Source of the DNA: Candidatus Moraniibacteriota bacterium
Lineage (GTDB): Bacteria > Patescibacteriota > Minisyncoccia > Moranbacterales > UBA1568
NCBI GenBank assembly: GCA_028711705.1
Contig: JAQTRS010000002.1
Span: forward strand, 9,617-73,616
Direction of reading: 5' to 3'
DNA length: 64,000 nt
Positions within the stretch are counted from its first letter, which is position 1, and every line of letters begins with the position of its first letter. Below the pieces are notes generated by a model. It saw only the letters and a program-made list of their open reading frames with translations. It was not told the origin of the DNA and searched no databases. The position numbers and the translations under genes were made by a program. Shown piece by piece: positions 38,273 to 48,600 of the stretch.

Positions 38273-40540
38273 CTATTCTCCGTAATACTCGCTCGCGGAA
38301 ATGAAAATTTCATCGATCGCATCGCTTACCGCAACAGAGGCGGTGGCACTACCCTCATCGCCGCCATACGACACCTCGGACGCATCCTCCCACCGCGAAA
38401 ACATAGGGTCGGTAAAATCTGGCGGAGTTTGTCCGAGTGGATCGTTCTTATTCACGTAATACAAAATGCTATGGGCAGGGTTCTTGATGGAAACGCGGAC
38501 TTTAGAGGATTTTTTCTTCTTCGCTTTCTTTTCCGACAATTCCTTGCCGCTCTTGATATCGTAATACTTCACTTCTCCCCCCTCGCCATCGCGGTTGCCG
38601 GTAAGAAGCGGCTTGTCGGAAGTAACGGGCGTATAGGCACTGAAATTTTCGACGGGTTTGTCTTTGAGGGCGATCTTCATGAAATCATTCCAAATCGGCG
38701 CCGCCACGAAGACGCCGTCGGAACCGGCGGCCATCGCGTGGTTGTCGTTATTGCCTGCCCACACACCGACCGCAAGCGATGGCGTGTAGCCGATCGTCCA
38801 CGCGTCGCGGAAATCCTGCGTCGTGCCGGTCTTGGCAGCCACCGGCCGATCGGGCAAGATGAGCGGGCTATGGCTTCCGAATATCGGGGCGCGCGCCGCA
38901 TTATCCGAAAGAATGGAGTTTATCTTCCGTGCTACTTCCGGATCGAGCACCGACACGGGTTTTTCGGCCGCGTCGTCATCGATATGCTTCCCGCCCTGAT
39001 CGATGATATTCACCACCCCGTGCACCGGCGCCCGCATGCCCTCGCGCGCGAACACGCCGAAAGCTGCGGTCATATCCAAAAGTTTCACCTCTCCCCCGCC
39101 CAGCACCAGCGCCAATCCATAGCGATTGGTTTCATTCAGCGTGGTGATGCCAAGCTTATGCGCCATGTCGATGGTCTGCTGGACACCGGCCAGATAGAGG
39201 GTCTGCACAGCCGGGATATTGAGCGACTGCGAGAGTGTCTGACGCATCGAAAGGACGCCATGAAAACGCCCGTCGTAGTTATCGGGAATATAGTCTTTGC
39301 CCGATCCGTCCGGCCCGAAATTGATCCGCTTATCGGTGAGAATCGTCTCTGGCTGGAATCCTTTGGAAAACGCCGTCGCATAGGCGATCGGCTTGAAGGA
39401 ACTTCCCGGCTGGCGAAGGCGCGTCGTCACATTCACCTCGCCGTCGATAGAAGCGTCATAGAAATCCTTGCTCCCCACCATGGCCAATATCTCCCCGGTT
39501 CTGGGATCGACGGCCGTGAGCGCAGCATTTGTAGCATCGCGCGACATATTTTTTTTGGCCCCTTCGCGCACAGCCCACTCGGCCTGCTTCTGCATCTCCC
39601 AATCGAGCGTGGTATATATTTTCCAACCGCCCGTCTCCAAAGCCAATCGCCCGTATTCTTTCTCCAATTGCTCAATAACATAGAACACGAAATGCGGTGC
39701 GACTATCGCATGGGTCAAGGGAACAATCTTGGCGCCGGTATCGATGGTGATGGACTGCTTGAACTGCACATCCGTGATGAGTCCGAGCGCATACATCCGC
39801 GCCAATATACGGTCACGAGCGTTTATTGTGTGGGAGCGTTTGGCAACATAGGGCGAATACAGGCTCGGTGCCTTGGTGAGCGATGCCAGAAGAGCGGCTT
39901 CGTCCAGTGTCAAATCCTTCGCTTCCTTGCCGAAGTATACTTCCGCGGCCGTGCCCACACCATAGGCATTGGCGCCATAGGGCACACGATTGAGATACAT
40001 ATCCAAAATCTCATCCTTGGAAAAGGTATTCTCTATCTTGATGGCCATCACGGTTTCCAAGATCTTGCGCTTCACGGTGCGCTCCCGACCGAAGAACGCA
40101 TTGCGCGCCAGCTGCTGAGTGATGGTCGATCCCCCTTGCTCGATTTTTCCCGCCTCTATATCCGCGATGAGCGCCCGTACTATCGAGGTGAAATCGACGC
40201 CGTGATGCGCATAGAAATTGCTGTCCTCCGCCGCGATCGTCGCCTTGCGCATCGCATCGGAAATCTGATCATGCGGCATCACCTTGCGATTCTCCTCGCC
40301 GTGCAGCTGATACAGCACATGCGTACCCGTCCGATCATACAAAATCGACGTCTGCTCAAGCGGAATAGTCGGCAAGGTCTTGGCATCTTGGGTACCGAAC
40401 ACATAAATACCCGCAAAAGCGAGTACCGCGCCAAAAGCGAAAAGACTAACAACATAGGTTGTTTCCAAGGCGAAGCGGAGCGTTATACGCCAGATTCGTT
40501 TCATGATCGTTTGAGCATTCCCCATAACCGTTCGTATCAT
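38273..40540 (-). CDS. Class A penicillin-binding protein (PBP1A; transglycosylase plus transpeptidase)
   Basis: GT51 motifs (EDSNFYAHHGVD, GGSTITQQL) and transpeptidase motifs (SxxK, KTG). Confidence 0.9.
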   Translation of the reverse strand: MIRTVMGNAQTIMKRIWRITLRFALETTYVVSLFAFGAVLAFAGIYVFGTQDAKTLPTIPLEQTSILYDRTGTHVLYQLHGEENRKVMPHDQISDAMRKATIAAEDSNFYAHHGVDFTSIVRALIADIEAGKIEQGGSTITQQLARNAFFGRERTVKRKILETVMAIKIENTFSKDEILDMYLNRVPYGANAYGVGTAAEVYFGKEAKDLTLDEAALLASLTKAPSLYSPYVAKRSHTINARDRILARMYALGLITDVQFKQSITIDTGAKIVPLTHAIVAPHFVFYVIEQLEKEYGRLALETGGWKIYTTLDWEMQKQAEWAVREGAKKNMSRDATNAALTAVDPRTGEILAMVGSKDFYDASIDGEVNVTTRLRQPGSSFKPIAYATAFSKGFQPETILTDKRINFGPDGSGKDYIPDNYDGRFHGVLSMRQTLSQSLNIPAVQTLYLAGVQQTIDMAHKLGITTLNETNRYGLALVLGGGEVKLLDMTAAFGVFAREGMRAPVHGVVNIIDQGGKHIDDDAAEKPVSVLDPEVARKINSILSDNAARAPIFGSHSPLILPDRPVAAKTGTTQDFRDAWTIGYTPSLAVGVWAGNNDNHAMAAGSDGVFVAAPIWNDFMKIALKDKPVENFSAYTPVTSDKPLLTGNRDGEGGEVKYYDIKSGKELSEKKAKKKKSSKVRVSIKNPAHSILYYVNKNDPLGQTPPDFTDPMFSRWEDASEVSYGGDEGSATASVAVSDAIDEIFISASEYYGE

Positions 40541-40561
40541 CCAACAAAATATACCCCCATG

Positions 40562-41092
40562 CTACCTCACAAACGGGACAGCGACCATCCAGTGAACGAC
40601 TCGCACCCCGTCGATATGCCGAGCATGCCAGCGCTGCTCGAACAGATCCTTGCGTATCCTGCGGAAACCCCATTCTTTATTACGCATACCCTTCTTCTTA
40701 TACGGATCCGCGATAAAAAAATGCGTTTCGTCGAAACCGAAGACGACCGAGTAGTGGCCGTCCTTGGATCCGTCATCGTGCGCCTGAAAATCCACCAGAC
40801 ACAACTGGAAACGACGGATGCATTCCTCGATCGTCTGCAGGGTGGCCTGTTCTTGGACAACATGCTCCACGCCCAGGCTCTCAAGCGCGCTCACCATCCT
40901 GTCCGGATCGGTACCCGTCTTGGGATTGGTTCCGCACAGCTTCGCGATTTCCAACTCGCTCGGCAGTTTGTCGCGCCCGTTGAGCGTCTCCACGATAATC
41001 CGCAGCGATGCCGGCCCGCAGGTGTATTCTTCATACTGTAAGTGCCTGTGCACGGGCAAAATGACCGACGGATAGATATTATGTCCCTTCAT
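40562..41092 (-). CDS. Papain-like cysteine peptidase of the C39-like family
   Basis: A catalytic Cys in YTCGPASL and a His in DGHYSVVFG; 176 aa; start 21 nt after the PBP1A start. Confidence 0.55.
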   Translation of the reverse strand: MKGHNIYPSVILPVHRHLQYEEYTCGPASLRIIVETLNGRDKLPSELEIAKLCGTNPKTGTDPDRMVSALESLGVEHVVQEQATLQTIEECIRRFQLCLVDFQAHDDGSKDGHYSVVFGFDETHFFIADPYKKKGMRNKEWGFRRIRKDLFEQRWHARHIDGVRVVHWMVAVPFVR

Positions 41093-41372
41093 ACGGTTTC
41101 ACAAGAACCTCCTTAAAACCCCATTTCAAGCCGCAGGCATGGGACTTTCAGCAAGCTCCAACAAATTGGTTATAGTGTACTGTATCAGGAAACCAGGCTT
41201 TTGTACAGGGCGATGGGCAACAGGAGGGTATCCCAAGATTTCAAGAAGCCTATCCTCAAAATACGCATATATGAAAAAACGGCCTTATCATTACAATAAA
41301 GACCGTCTCGTTTCCCGTTTTCCGTCATTGACTTCCTTACGGATTTTTCAGAATCATTCTTCATTCATCCGG

Positions 41373-43454
41373 CTATTTCTTGCTGAACCGCGTATACGTC
41401 GCGATCGAATCATTGCCGCCGCAAGTCGGGGAACCACCATCCCTATTGACGCAAGCCCGCACCGTATGCCACTGATTCTTCCACGCATTGTTGATAGGAA
41501 TCTGCCACCCGCCACCATCCATATAGTCTTCATCCGTGGTTCCCGGAGGAAGCTCACTCGGTTGACTGGCTCCATACCCGATAGTCCACCACGCACCACC
41601 GGTCGCCACAGGACTGCTTATCTGATACATCGTCACTACTTGTCCAGAAGGAGCAGCTGATCCAGTGTTTTGAATCCACACATCGGGTTTGATGCGACTG
41701 CCGAGATTGGTGGTACAGCACCCAACTTCATCTTGAAATCCAACAATATTCAAGATGGGTTTCGGTCTTGGATAGAGAGTAAAAGAAAAAGCCGCACAAT
41801 TGTTGGCTTCATTGGTTTCAGTCCATGCATTCTGATAATCCGCACAAAGATAGGCCGTACACGAGCCCGTTGCATTGGGCATCGTCACCGGATTATCGAT
41901 CTGTTCCATATTGCTCACGCTGGGAGTCAATTCAGCAGCGCTGGTTCCGTCATCGGTCAGATAGACCCTGCCTGTTCCGGGACACTCGACACTATAGCTG
42001 CTCCTGATTCCCACTTGCGAGATATTCAGTCCGATATTCTGTATGTATCCCCTAAACCGTGCTGGGTCTCCCGCATAGGTCGGGGCTTGCAAAAAGCTGA
42101 AGGAATGCGCGACGTAATCGATATCCGGCCGATTGACCACCTGCCCATCCGCCGTAACTTCGAAGACCGCTTCCGTCGAGCAATTATTCGATTCATGCTC
42201 TTCGGGGAACGCGCCGCCGTCATTATGATCATCATAGAGATGATCGATGCAAGCGACGATGTTTGAAATACCCGGATCCGTATCTATCCAAAGCTCGATA
42301 CCTTCTTCTTCGGATTTCGTCATGCCGGATTTGAGGTTATCACATTGGATCTGATCGGTTCCGACGCGTTTCCACTGAGTATGATCATCTTCCTTGTAGC
42401 CCTTGGACAGATAGAAATGAACCTCTATCGTTCCGCTGCAATCGGATGACCCGATGTTTGCGAACTGCGCATACATCTTCATGGTTTCAGGCCTGCCGTA
42501 TCGGTAGGTTTCCGTCTGCCAAGGAGTCGTGAACCAGACTTTATCGACAGCGAAGTCGGGAAGGTTAGGAGCTGCCAGTTCGGTCGCTTCGGTTGAACCT
42601 CCAGGACCGGCGCCGCCTATGCCATAACCGCCTTCAAGATACGTCAAGATGTTCTTGGATTGCCCCGTATCTTGCGAACACCATGTCCAAACACTAGAAC
42701 CGGTTTCCGTTTTAAACAAACCTTCGGTATTTTTGTAATACCGAACATGATTACTGCCATCTTCACAAGTCGTCGGATTATTTGTCCAACACAGCACGCC
42801 TTGATTGTCTGCAAGCAACCTACAGGAAAAATCTGAGAATGATTTACCGATGGGGTTAGACTCGTAGAAATGCCCACTGTTAACGTCACACACAAATTCT
42901 GAAGGCGCATCGGTGGAAAAATATCTCAACGAGTTAGTATCTATATCCAAACCATACACATTCATTGCATGCGATACGCCTGATCCGGGGCCACTGTGCA
43001 CCCCAAAATGCAAGTGATATCCTCCTCCATTACCTATCGATAAACCAGTATTTCCAGAATAAGCGATTGGTTGCCCAGCAAACACTCTTTCACCTTCGCC
43101 GGCAATATACCAACTAAGATGCCCGTACAAGGTAAAATAACCGTTCCCGGCATCCACTTTTGCATATCGACCAAAGGCAGTGAAATTGCCATCTTTAACC
43201 GACTTTTCATGATGCATAACACCATCAGTAGCAGCAACCACAATAGAACCATTTGAGAGGCCAAAATCGACATCAAATTCTGAATACTGATCATTGTGAG
43301 TAGGCGCACTATGACTATTCTGGTTACATCTATACGCCATCCCATCATAAAATGGTAATTGTACATCCATCACTGGATTTTCTGCATAAGAAAACGTCGT
43401 AAAAAACATACTCAACCACAGCAATACTCTTGAAACATCAATAGATCGTTTCAT
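41373..43454 (-). CDS. Secreted M23 (LytM-type) metallopeptidase with about three C-terminal CARDB-like beta-sandwich domains
   Basis: A signal peptide from MKRSIDVSR. M23 motifs HxxxD…GYHLHFGVH. Repeated …E(S/T)NE(A/S)NN… domain ends. Confidence 0.7.
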   Translation of the reverse strand: MKRSIDVSRVLLWLSMFFTTFSYAENPVMDVQLPFYDGMAYRCNQNSHSAPTHNDQYSEFDVDFGLSNGSIVVAATDGVMHHEKSVKDGNFTAFGRYAKVDAGNGYFTLYGHLSWYIAGEGERVFAGQPIAYSGNTGLSIGNGGGYHLHFGVHSGPGSGVSHAMNVYGLDIDTNSLRYFSTDAPSEFVCDVNSGHFYESNPIGKSFSDFSCRLLADNQGVLCWTNNPTTCEDGSNHVRYYKNTEGLFKTETGSSVWTWCSQDTGQSKNILTYLEGGYGIGGAGPGGSTEATELAAPNLPDFAVDKVWFTTPWQTETYRYGRPETMKMYAQFANIGSSDCSGTIEVHFYLSKGYKEDDHTQWKRVGTDQIQCDNLKSGMTKSEEEGIELWIDTDPGISNIVACIDHLYDDHNDGGAFPEEHESNNCSTEAVFEVTADGQVVNRPDIDYVAHSFSFLQAPTYAGDPARFRGYIQNIGLNISQVGIRSSYSVECPGTGRVYLTDDGTSAAELTPSVSNMEQIDNPVTMPNATGSCTAYLCADYQNAWTETNEANNCAAFSFTLYPRPKPILNIVGFQDEVGCCTTNLGSRIKPDVWIQNTGSAAPSGQVVTMYQISSPVATGGAWWTIGYGASQPSELPPGTTDEDYMDGGGWQIPINNAWKNQWHTVRACVNRDGGSPTCGGNDSIATYTRFSKK

Positions 43455-43580
43455 TTTCTTTACCTCATTGTCAAAGAACAAAACTCGATTCACGTTTATG
43501 TGAATCACCTTCACCGCATAACAAAATAATGACGAAACATTTTCTTTCGTACATCACTCCGAGATTCTTCCAGATAACTG

Positions 43581-43610
43581 AAAAAATCTCTGGAGAGATT
43601 TACTCTCCAG
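43581..43610 (-). terminator. Hairpin (CTGGAGAG-ATTTA-CTCTCCAG) with the stop codon of the 43600 gene in its loop, followed by a T tract on the minus strand
   Basis: Read directly. Confidence 0.4.
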
Positions 43611-44313
43611 GCGTGGTTGGCGGAAAAAAATGAATAGATTGATACATTAGCTGGTAAACACTATTTACACCAAAATCATTACTACAATCAATGCTGATCG
43701 CACTTTCGAAATCACCAGCTTCTAATTTTTTTTCATCAAATCGAACGATAAATTTTCCTGAACAGTCACCGCTGTCAACAAAAGACAAATACCGATTAAA
43801 TGTACCCTGAAATTCCTTATAATCATTATGTTCGCAAATCTTTCCTTTTTTTCCTGCAATATCAATAAACTTACACGTGCCATCTTTTTCGACATAGTAC
43901 TCTGTCAAAGATTTCAAGAAGCTTAATGTTAAAATAAACTGATGAGCATCATCATCAATAGAGTACCCTTTTTGAGTTAGCCAAATTCTTAATTCATCTG
44001 GTCCGCTTATAACACCAGCACCATTAGCGCCATCAATCCTTACATCAAACATCTCCTCCGGATACTTAAACTCAATCCCGTATTCTTCATTGCGATATGT
44101 TTTCCATTTCGAAACATCGAGATTGCGAACAACAATATCCGCGTCCGTTTCTTGCGGCTGATTCTCAGTCACCCGTTGCTCTTGATTTTCCACCACAGTA
44201 GGCATTATTTGCTGCTGGACAGGCGCCTTCGATGCATACCAGAACCACCCACCTATTACCACAGCGAGTATGAATACAATGGATAAAATAAGCCTCTTTG
44301 AGATATTTTGCAT
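43600..44313 (-). CDS. Hypothetical membrane-anchored protein
   Basis: An N-terminal transmembrane segment; no recognised motif. Confidence 0.45.
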   Translation of the reverse strand: MQNISKRLILSIVFILAVVIGGWFWYASKAPVQQQIMPTVVENQEQRVTENQPQETDADIVVRNLDVSKWKTYRNEEYGIEFKYPEEMFDVRIDGANGAGVISGPDELRIWLTQKGYSIDDDAHQFILTLSFLKSLTEYYVEKDGTCKFIDIAGKKGKICEHNDYKEFQGTFNRYLSFVDSGDCSGKFIVRFDEKKLEAGDFESAISIDCSNDFGVNSVYQLMYQSIHFFPPTTPGE

Positions 44314-44436
44314 AGGATACTCTAAGTTTCTTAAGATCGTAATTGAGAATAACAGGAATAACTATCCCTGTCAATACAAAACAGAGCCCCGGAGAAGGGC
44401 TCTGCTCGTGCATTTCTCAATCACCGGTATCCCCTC

Positions 44437-45324
44437 CTACTGTTTGAGGGCGGCTTTCAGGTCTGTGCGGGCTTTTTCCATGGTGGCTTTGAAATCGGTC
44501 ATCGCCTTGTCGATGGCGGTTTTTTTGGTGGCGGCCAAGGCTGGGACGGAATCACCGAGTCCTTCGAAAGACTTGCGGCTCTCCTGCAATTTCTCGCGGG
44601 CGTCCTTGATGCTTGATGCGAGCGTGTCGCGGACGGTTTTCGGATCCGTTCCGTTGGCGCAATCGGTCTTGGCCTTTTCAAGAGCGGCCTTAACGGTCGA
44701 TTGGAACGTATCGACGGCGCCCTCGACATTCATCTTCTTGGATGAGATGAGCTTATCCACCTCGTCGCGGAACGAATCGATAGCATCGCTTACGGCATTG
44801 CGGCGAACGGTCACCGCCTCATCCACGGTCTTTTGGAATGCCACGACGGCAGCTTTCTGCGCGTCCGTTTTCGCGAGTTCCTCAAGCTTCATATACATCT
44901 CATTGCGGCGCTCGTCCTGCTTGATGCGGTCATTGTTCAATTTGGCATCGTGATTGCCTCGCTTCTCCTCGAAGATACCCATCTTGTCTTCGCGATTCTG
45001 CGCGAATATCTCCTTTTTCTCGGAAAGTTTCTCGAAATGATCGTTTCGCATCGTGGTCATACGCTCGCATGAAGCGGCCTGCCTTTCGGTCTTGCGCTCT
45101 TCCATATTGGCCTTACGCTCTTCCTTGAAGGCTTCCACAGTCGCCTTGCGACCCTCCATGCGGGCATCTCTGGCTTCCTGGATTTCCTTCATGCGAAGCG
45201 CTCGAGCATCCGCATCGACGGTTTCCGCTTCCACCGCATACGCGATCGGCGAGAGGACGACGGATTGCAGGATAGAAAGGCTCAATACGAAAACGATGCT
45301 TTTCTTAGAGTTGATTTTCATCAT
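44437..45324 (-). CDS. Hypothetical secreted alpha-helical / coiled-coil protein
   Basis: A signal peptide and a K/E/A-rich helical composition. Confidence 0.45.
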   Translation of the reverse strand: MMKINSKKSIVFVLSLSILQSVVLSPIAYAVEAETVDADARALRMKEIQEARDARMEGRKATVEAFKEERKANMEERKTERQAASCERMTTMRNDHFEKLSEKKEIFAQNREDKMGIFEEKRGNHDAKLNNDRIKQDERRNEMYMKLEELAKTDAQKAAVVAFQKTVDEAVTVRRNAVSDAIDSFRDEVDKLISSKKMNVEGAVDTFQSTVKAALEKAKTDCANGTDPKTVRDTLASSIKDAREKLQESRKSFEGLGDSVPALAATKKTAIDKAMTDFKATMEKARTDLKAALKQ

Positions 45325-45643
45325 ATGTTTGGCTCAGGTTATTAATTTCTGTCCCACTTGCGGAGATAGCCTCCTTCTCGCTCGTCACATCGTCTTGCAA
45401 TGCCTGGTCATCGAATGATACCTCGTCGATGATGGCATCCACGGTCGCGTCCGGTGTTGCAGGAATCGTTGCTGCCGGCGCAAGTTCCCGCGTGCTGACA
45501 CCAGAGGCGGTGTTTTTCGTTGTTCCGACAGACAATCCGGACGGAGTATTTCCTACCGAAGAAAACTGGTTGTACAGGAATGCGAGCGCCAACACGATGA
45601 CAAGCGCGGCCGCAACCCCAAGCACTTTTTGCTTTTGAGACAT
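45305..45643 (-). CDS. Hypothetical small membrane-anchored protein
   Basis: An N-terminal transmembrane segment; partly overlaps the downstream gene. Confidence 0.35.
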   Translation of the reverse strand: MSQKQKVLGVAAALVIVLALAFLYNQFSSVGNTPSGLSVGTTKNTASGVSTRELAPAATIPATPDATVDAIIDEVSFDDQALQDDVTSEKEAISASGTEINNLSQTYDENQL

Positions 45644-45692
45644 ATCGTATTTTGATTAGTGTTTATGAGCCACAGGTTACAGAGGTAGTATA

Positions 45693-48600
45693 TCACATAA
45701 GCTCGAATTTCTCTTTCAGGATGATGATTTCGTCGCGCAAAATGGCGGCTGTCTCGAAATCCAGCTCCTTCACGGCGAGTTTCATCTGCTTTTCCTTGAG
45801 CTTGATCAGCTTCTCTGGATTCTTCACAAACACCTGCTCGTCGATCAGGATATTCGCCGACACCGCCTTCTGATGCTCGCTCTCGAAGGCCTCGGTGATA
45901 TCGTGGATTTTCTTGCTGATGGTCTGAGGGGTGATGCCATGCGCCTCATTATACGCGATCTGGATGGCACGCCGACGATCGGTCTCGCTTATCGCACGCT
46001 CCAAAGACCCGGTCATCGTGTCCGCATAGACATTGACCCGGCCGAAAACATTGCGCGCCGCCCGCCCGATGATCTGGATGAGCGACGTTTCCGATCGCAA
46101 AAATCCCTCCTTATCCGCATCCAAGATGCCGATGAAAGTCACCTCCGGCAGATCCAATCCTTCCCGCAACAGATTCACGCCCACCAAGCAATCGAATTCC
46201 CCTTTGCGGAACGACGTGAGTATCCTGATGCGGTCTATCGTTTTGACATCGCTGTGCAGATATTCCGCCTTGACTTTCTGTTCTTTCAAATACGTCGTCA
46301 GATCCTCGGCCATTTTTTTGGTCAAAGTCGTCGCCAGCACCCGCCCGCCTTTTTGTATATCCTTCTTCGCCTCGCCGATAAAATGCCAGATCTGCCCGGG
46401 ATAGTTCCCTGCTTCACGCACGGGCCTCACCGTCACTTCCGGATCGATCAGTCCCGTCGGCCGGATGACCTGCTGCACGACCTGCTCGCTCACCTCGCGC
46501 TCATAGACGCTCGGCGTCGCGGACACATAGATCGTCTGACCGACCCGCTGCTCGAATTCCTCATAACGCATCGGGCGATTATCCAAGGCGCTCGGCAGAC
46601 GGAAACCGAAATCGATCAGCGTTCCCTTGCGGGCCTGATCGCCCGCATACATCGCGCGCAACTGCGGCAGCGTCACGTGCGATTCATCGATCAGTGTCAA
46701 AAAATCCGGCGCGCCATCCGCTTTTTTCGGGAAGTATTCAAGCAGGCTGTCCGGCGCCTCCCCGGGTTTCTTGCCCGAAAAATGCCTCGAGTAATTCTCG
46801 ATACCGCTGCAATAGCCGATTTCCTCTATCATCGCCAGATCATACTGCGTCCGCCGCTTCAGGCGATCCGCTTCCAAAAGCTTTCCCTGTTTATTGAGTT
46901 CCGCAAGCTGCTCCTCCAATTCCGCGCGTATCGTCTGCAGCGCACGTAGTTGCTGTTCCTTGTCCGACACGAAGTGCTTGGCCGGAAACAGGAACATCGA
47001 ATCCATCTCGCCTGTAATCTTCTGCGATACCGGATCGATACCGGTGATGGAGCGCACCTCGCCACCCGAGATATCCAACGAATACATCACGCGCTCCTGC
47101 ACCGGCATGATGTCCACCCGATTGCCCAGGCTGCGAAAAGTTCCAGGCGTCAAATCCGCATTAGTGCGCTCGAAGAAAATCCCGATCAAGCGGCGCAAAA
47201 ATTCCGGACGCAAAATCCGGTCGCCCTTCTTCAGGATAACATGCTCCTTCTGATACTCCTCCGGGCTTCCCAAACCGTAGATGCACGACACCGATGCCAC
47301 GATAATCACATCGCGACGCGTTAGCAGCGACTGGGTCGAGGCATGGCGCAACCGGTCGATCTCCTCGTTGATCTGTGCATCCTTTTCGATATACGTATCC
47401 GTGATGGGCATATATGCCTCTGGTTGATAGTAGTCATAATAGGAGACGAAATAGTGGACGGCATTATCGGGAAAAAATTCCTGAAACTCCTGCGCGAGCT
47501 GGGCCGCCAAGGTCTTGTTATGCGCTATAACGAGGGTCGGCTGTTGGATATTTTGTATGACCTGAGCCATAGTGAAGGTATTGTGAACGAATATCCCTCC
47601 GAACCCAGCTAAAAAAGTTTCATTCTGATCGATTGAAAAATCATACACATATTTTTCGCCTGAAATCATTTCTATTTTTTCGATAGGCGTCCAATATGAG
47701 TTCAAAAGATACGCCTGTTTTTCGATAGCGGAAACATCTGCTAAACCGATTTTTTTCGCTGCTTTAAATAAAGTTTTTATGATTCCCTCGAAACAATTTC
47801 TGGAAGGCAGCCTTTTGCCACTCTCAATCAAACCCATATGAGATCGTCCAGAAATAAAATCTTTCTGCCATAGGCCTAGTTTCTGCCTTATATCCTTAAT
47901 CTGCTTCCCATCGATAGGGATAAGATTGACATTCGTGTTACCAAAAGGTGCTATCGTCGCCCTCAAAGAGTCATTTTTTCTTGTAATTGAAAAACCTATA
48001 TTTTCCTGAAAAATCTCCAGATATTCTTTCCCAGAGATAAAGACTTTCCAGCAATCGGTTCGGTTATCCTGATTCGGAATCTTAACACTCCTTTTTTTCA
48101 TCCTTGCCACAATTCCAAAACGCGACAGGGCATAGAGAAGATCCGATGCCAATCCCTTGCTTACCGTTACACAGGTGATAGCGCCGCTATCGATCCCGCC
48201 ATCTCCCGAGAAATACGCCTTCAAAATATGCCTGAGATGGTTATTCGATAACTGCGCCCAGAACGAAGGAAGCCGCTTCATTCGGGAGGTGTTACCGCAC
48301 CAATATTTAAGCCACTCCGTCCATACCGTAGAAGAGACCTGGTAGTCATACGTTCCCGGACGTAAACGATACCGCAACCCAAGATGGACGCAAATGGAAG
48401 AAAAGTCATCAACAGCCTCTCGATCTCCGGATGAGAACATAAAAAAACCGTCCGCTCCATGTCCTTCGGCTATATAGTAACCGATAAGCCTCATCAATTC
48501 CTCGGTAACCGGAATTTCAAGCGTATGTTCATATCCCCGGCTTACCACCCCAAAAACAGCCTGTTGAGAGAGCATCGGGACTGCTGTAATAATTTTTTTA

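Noticed and set aside
38135-41041. 968-aa plus-strand ORF
   Set aside because: Antisense to PBP1A and the C39 peptidase; His/Arg/Gly-rich artefact of GC-rich coding sequence.
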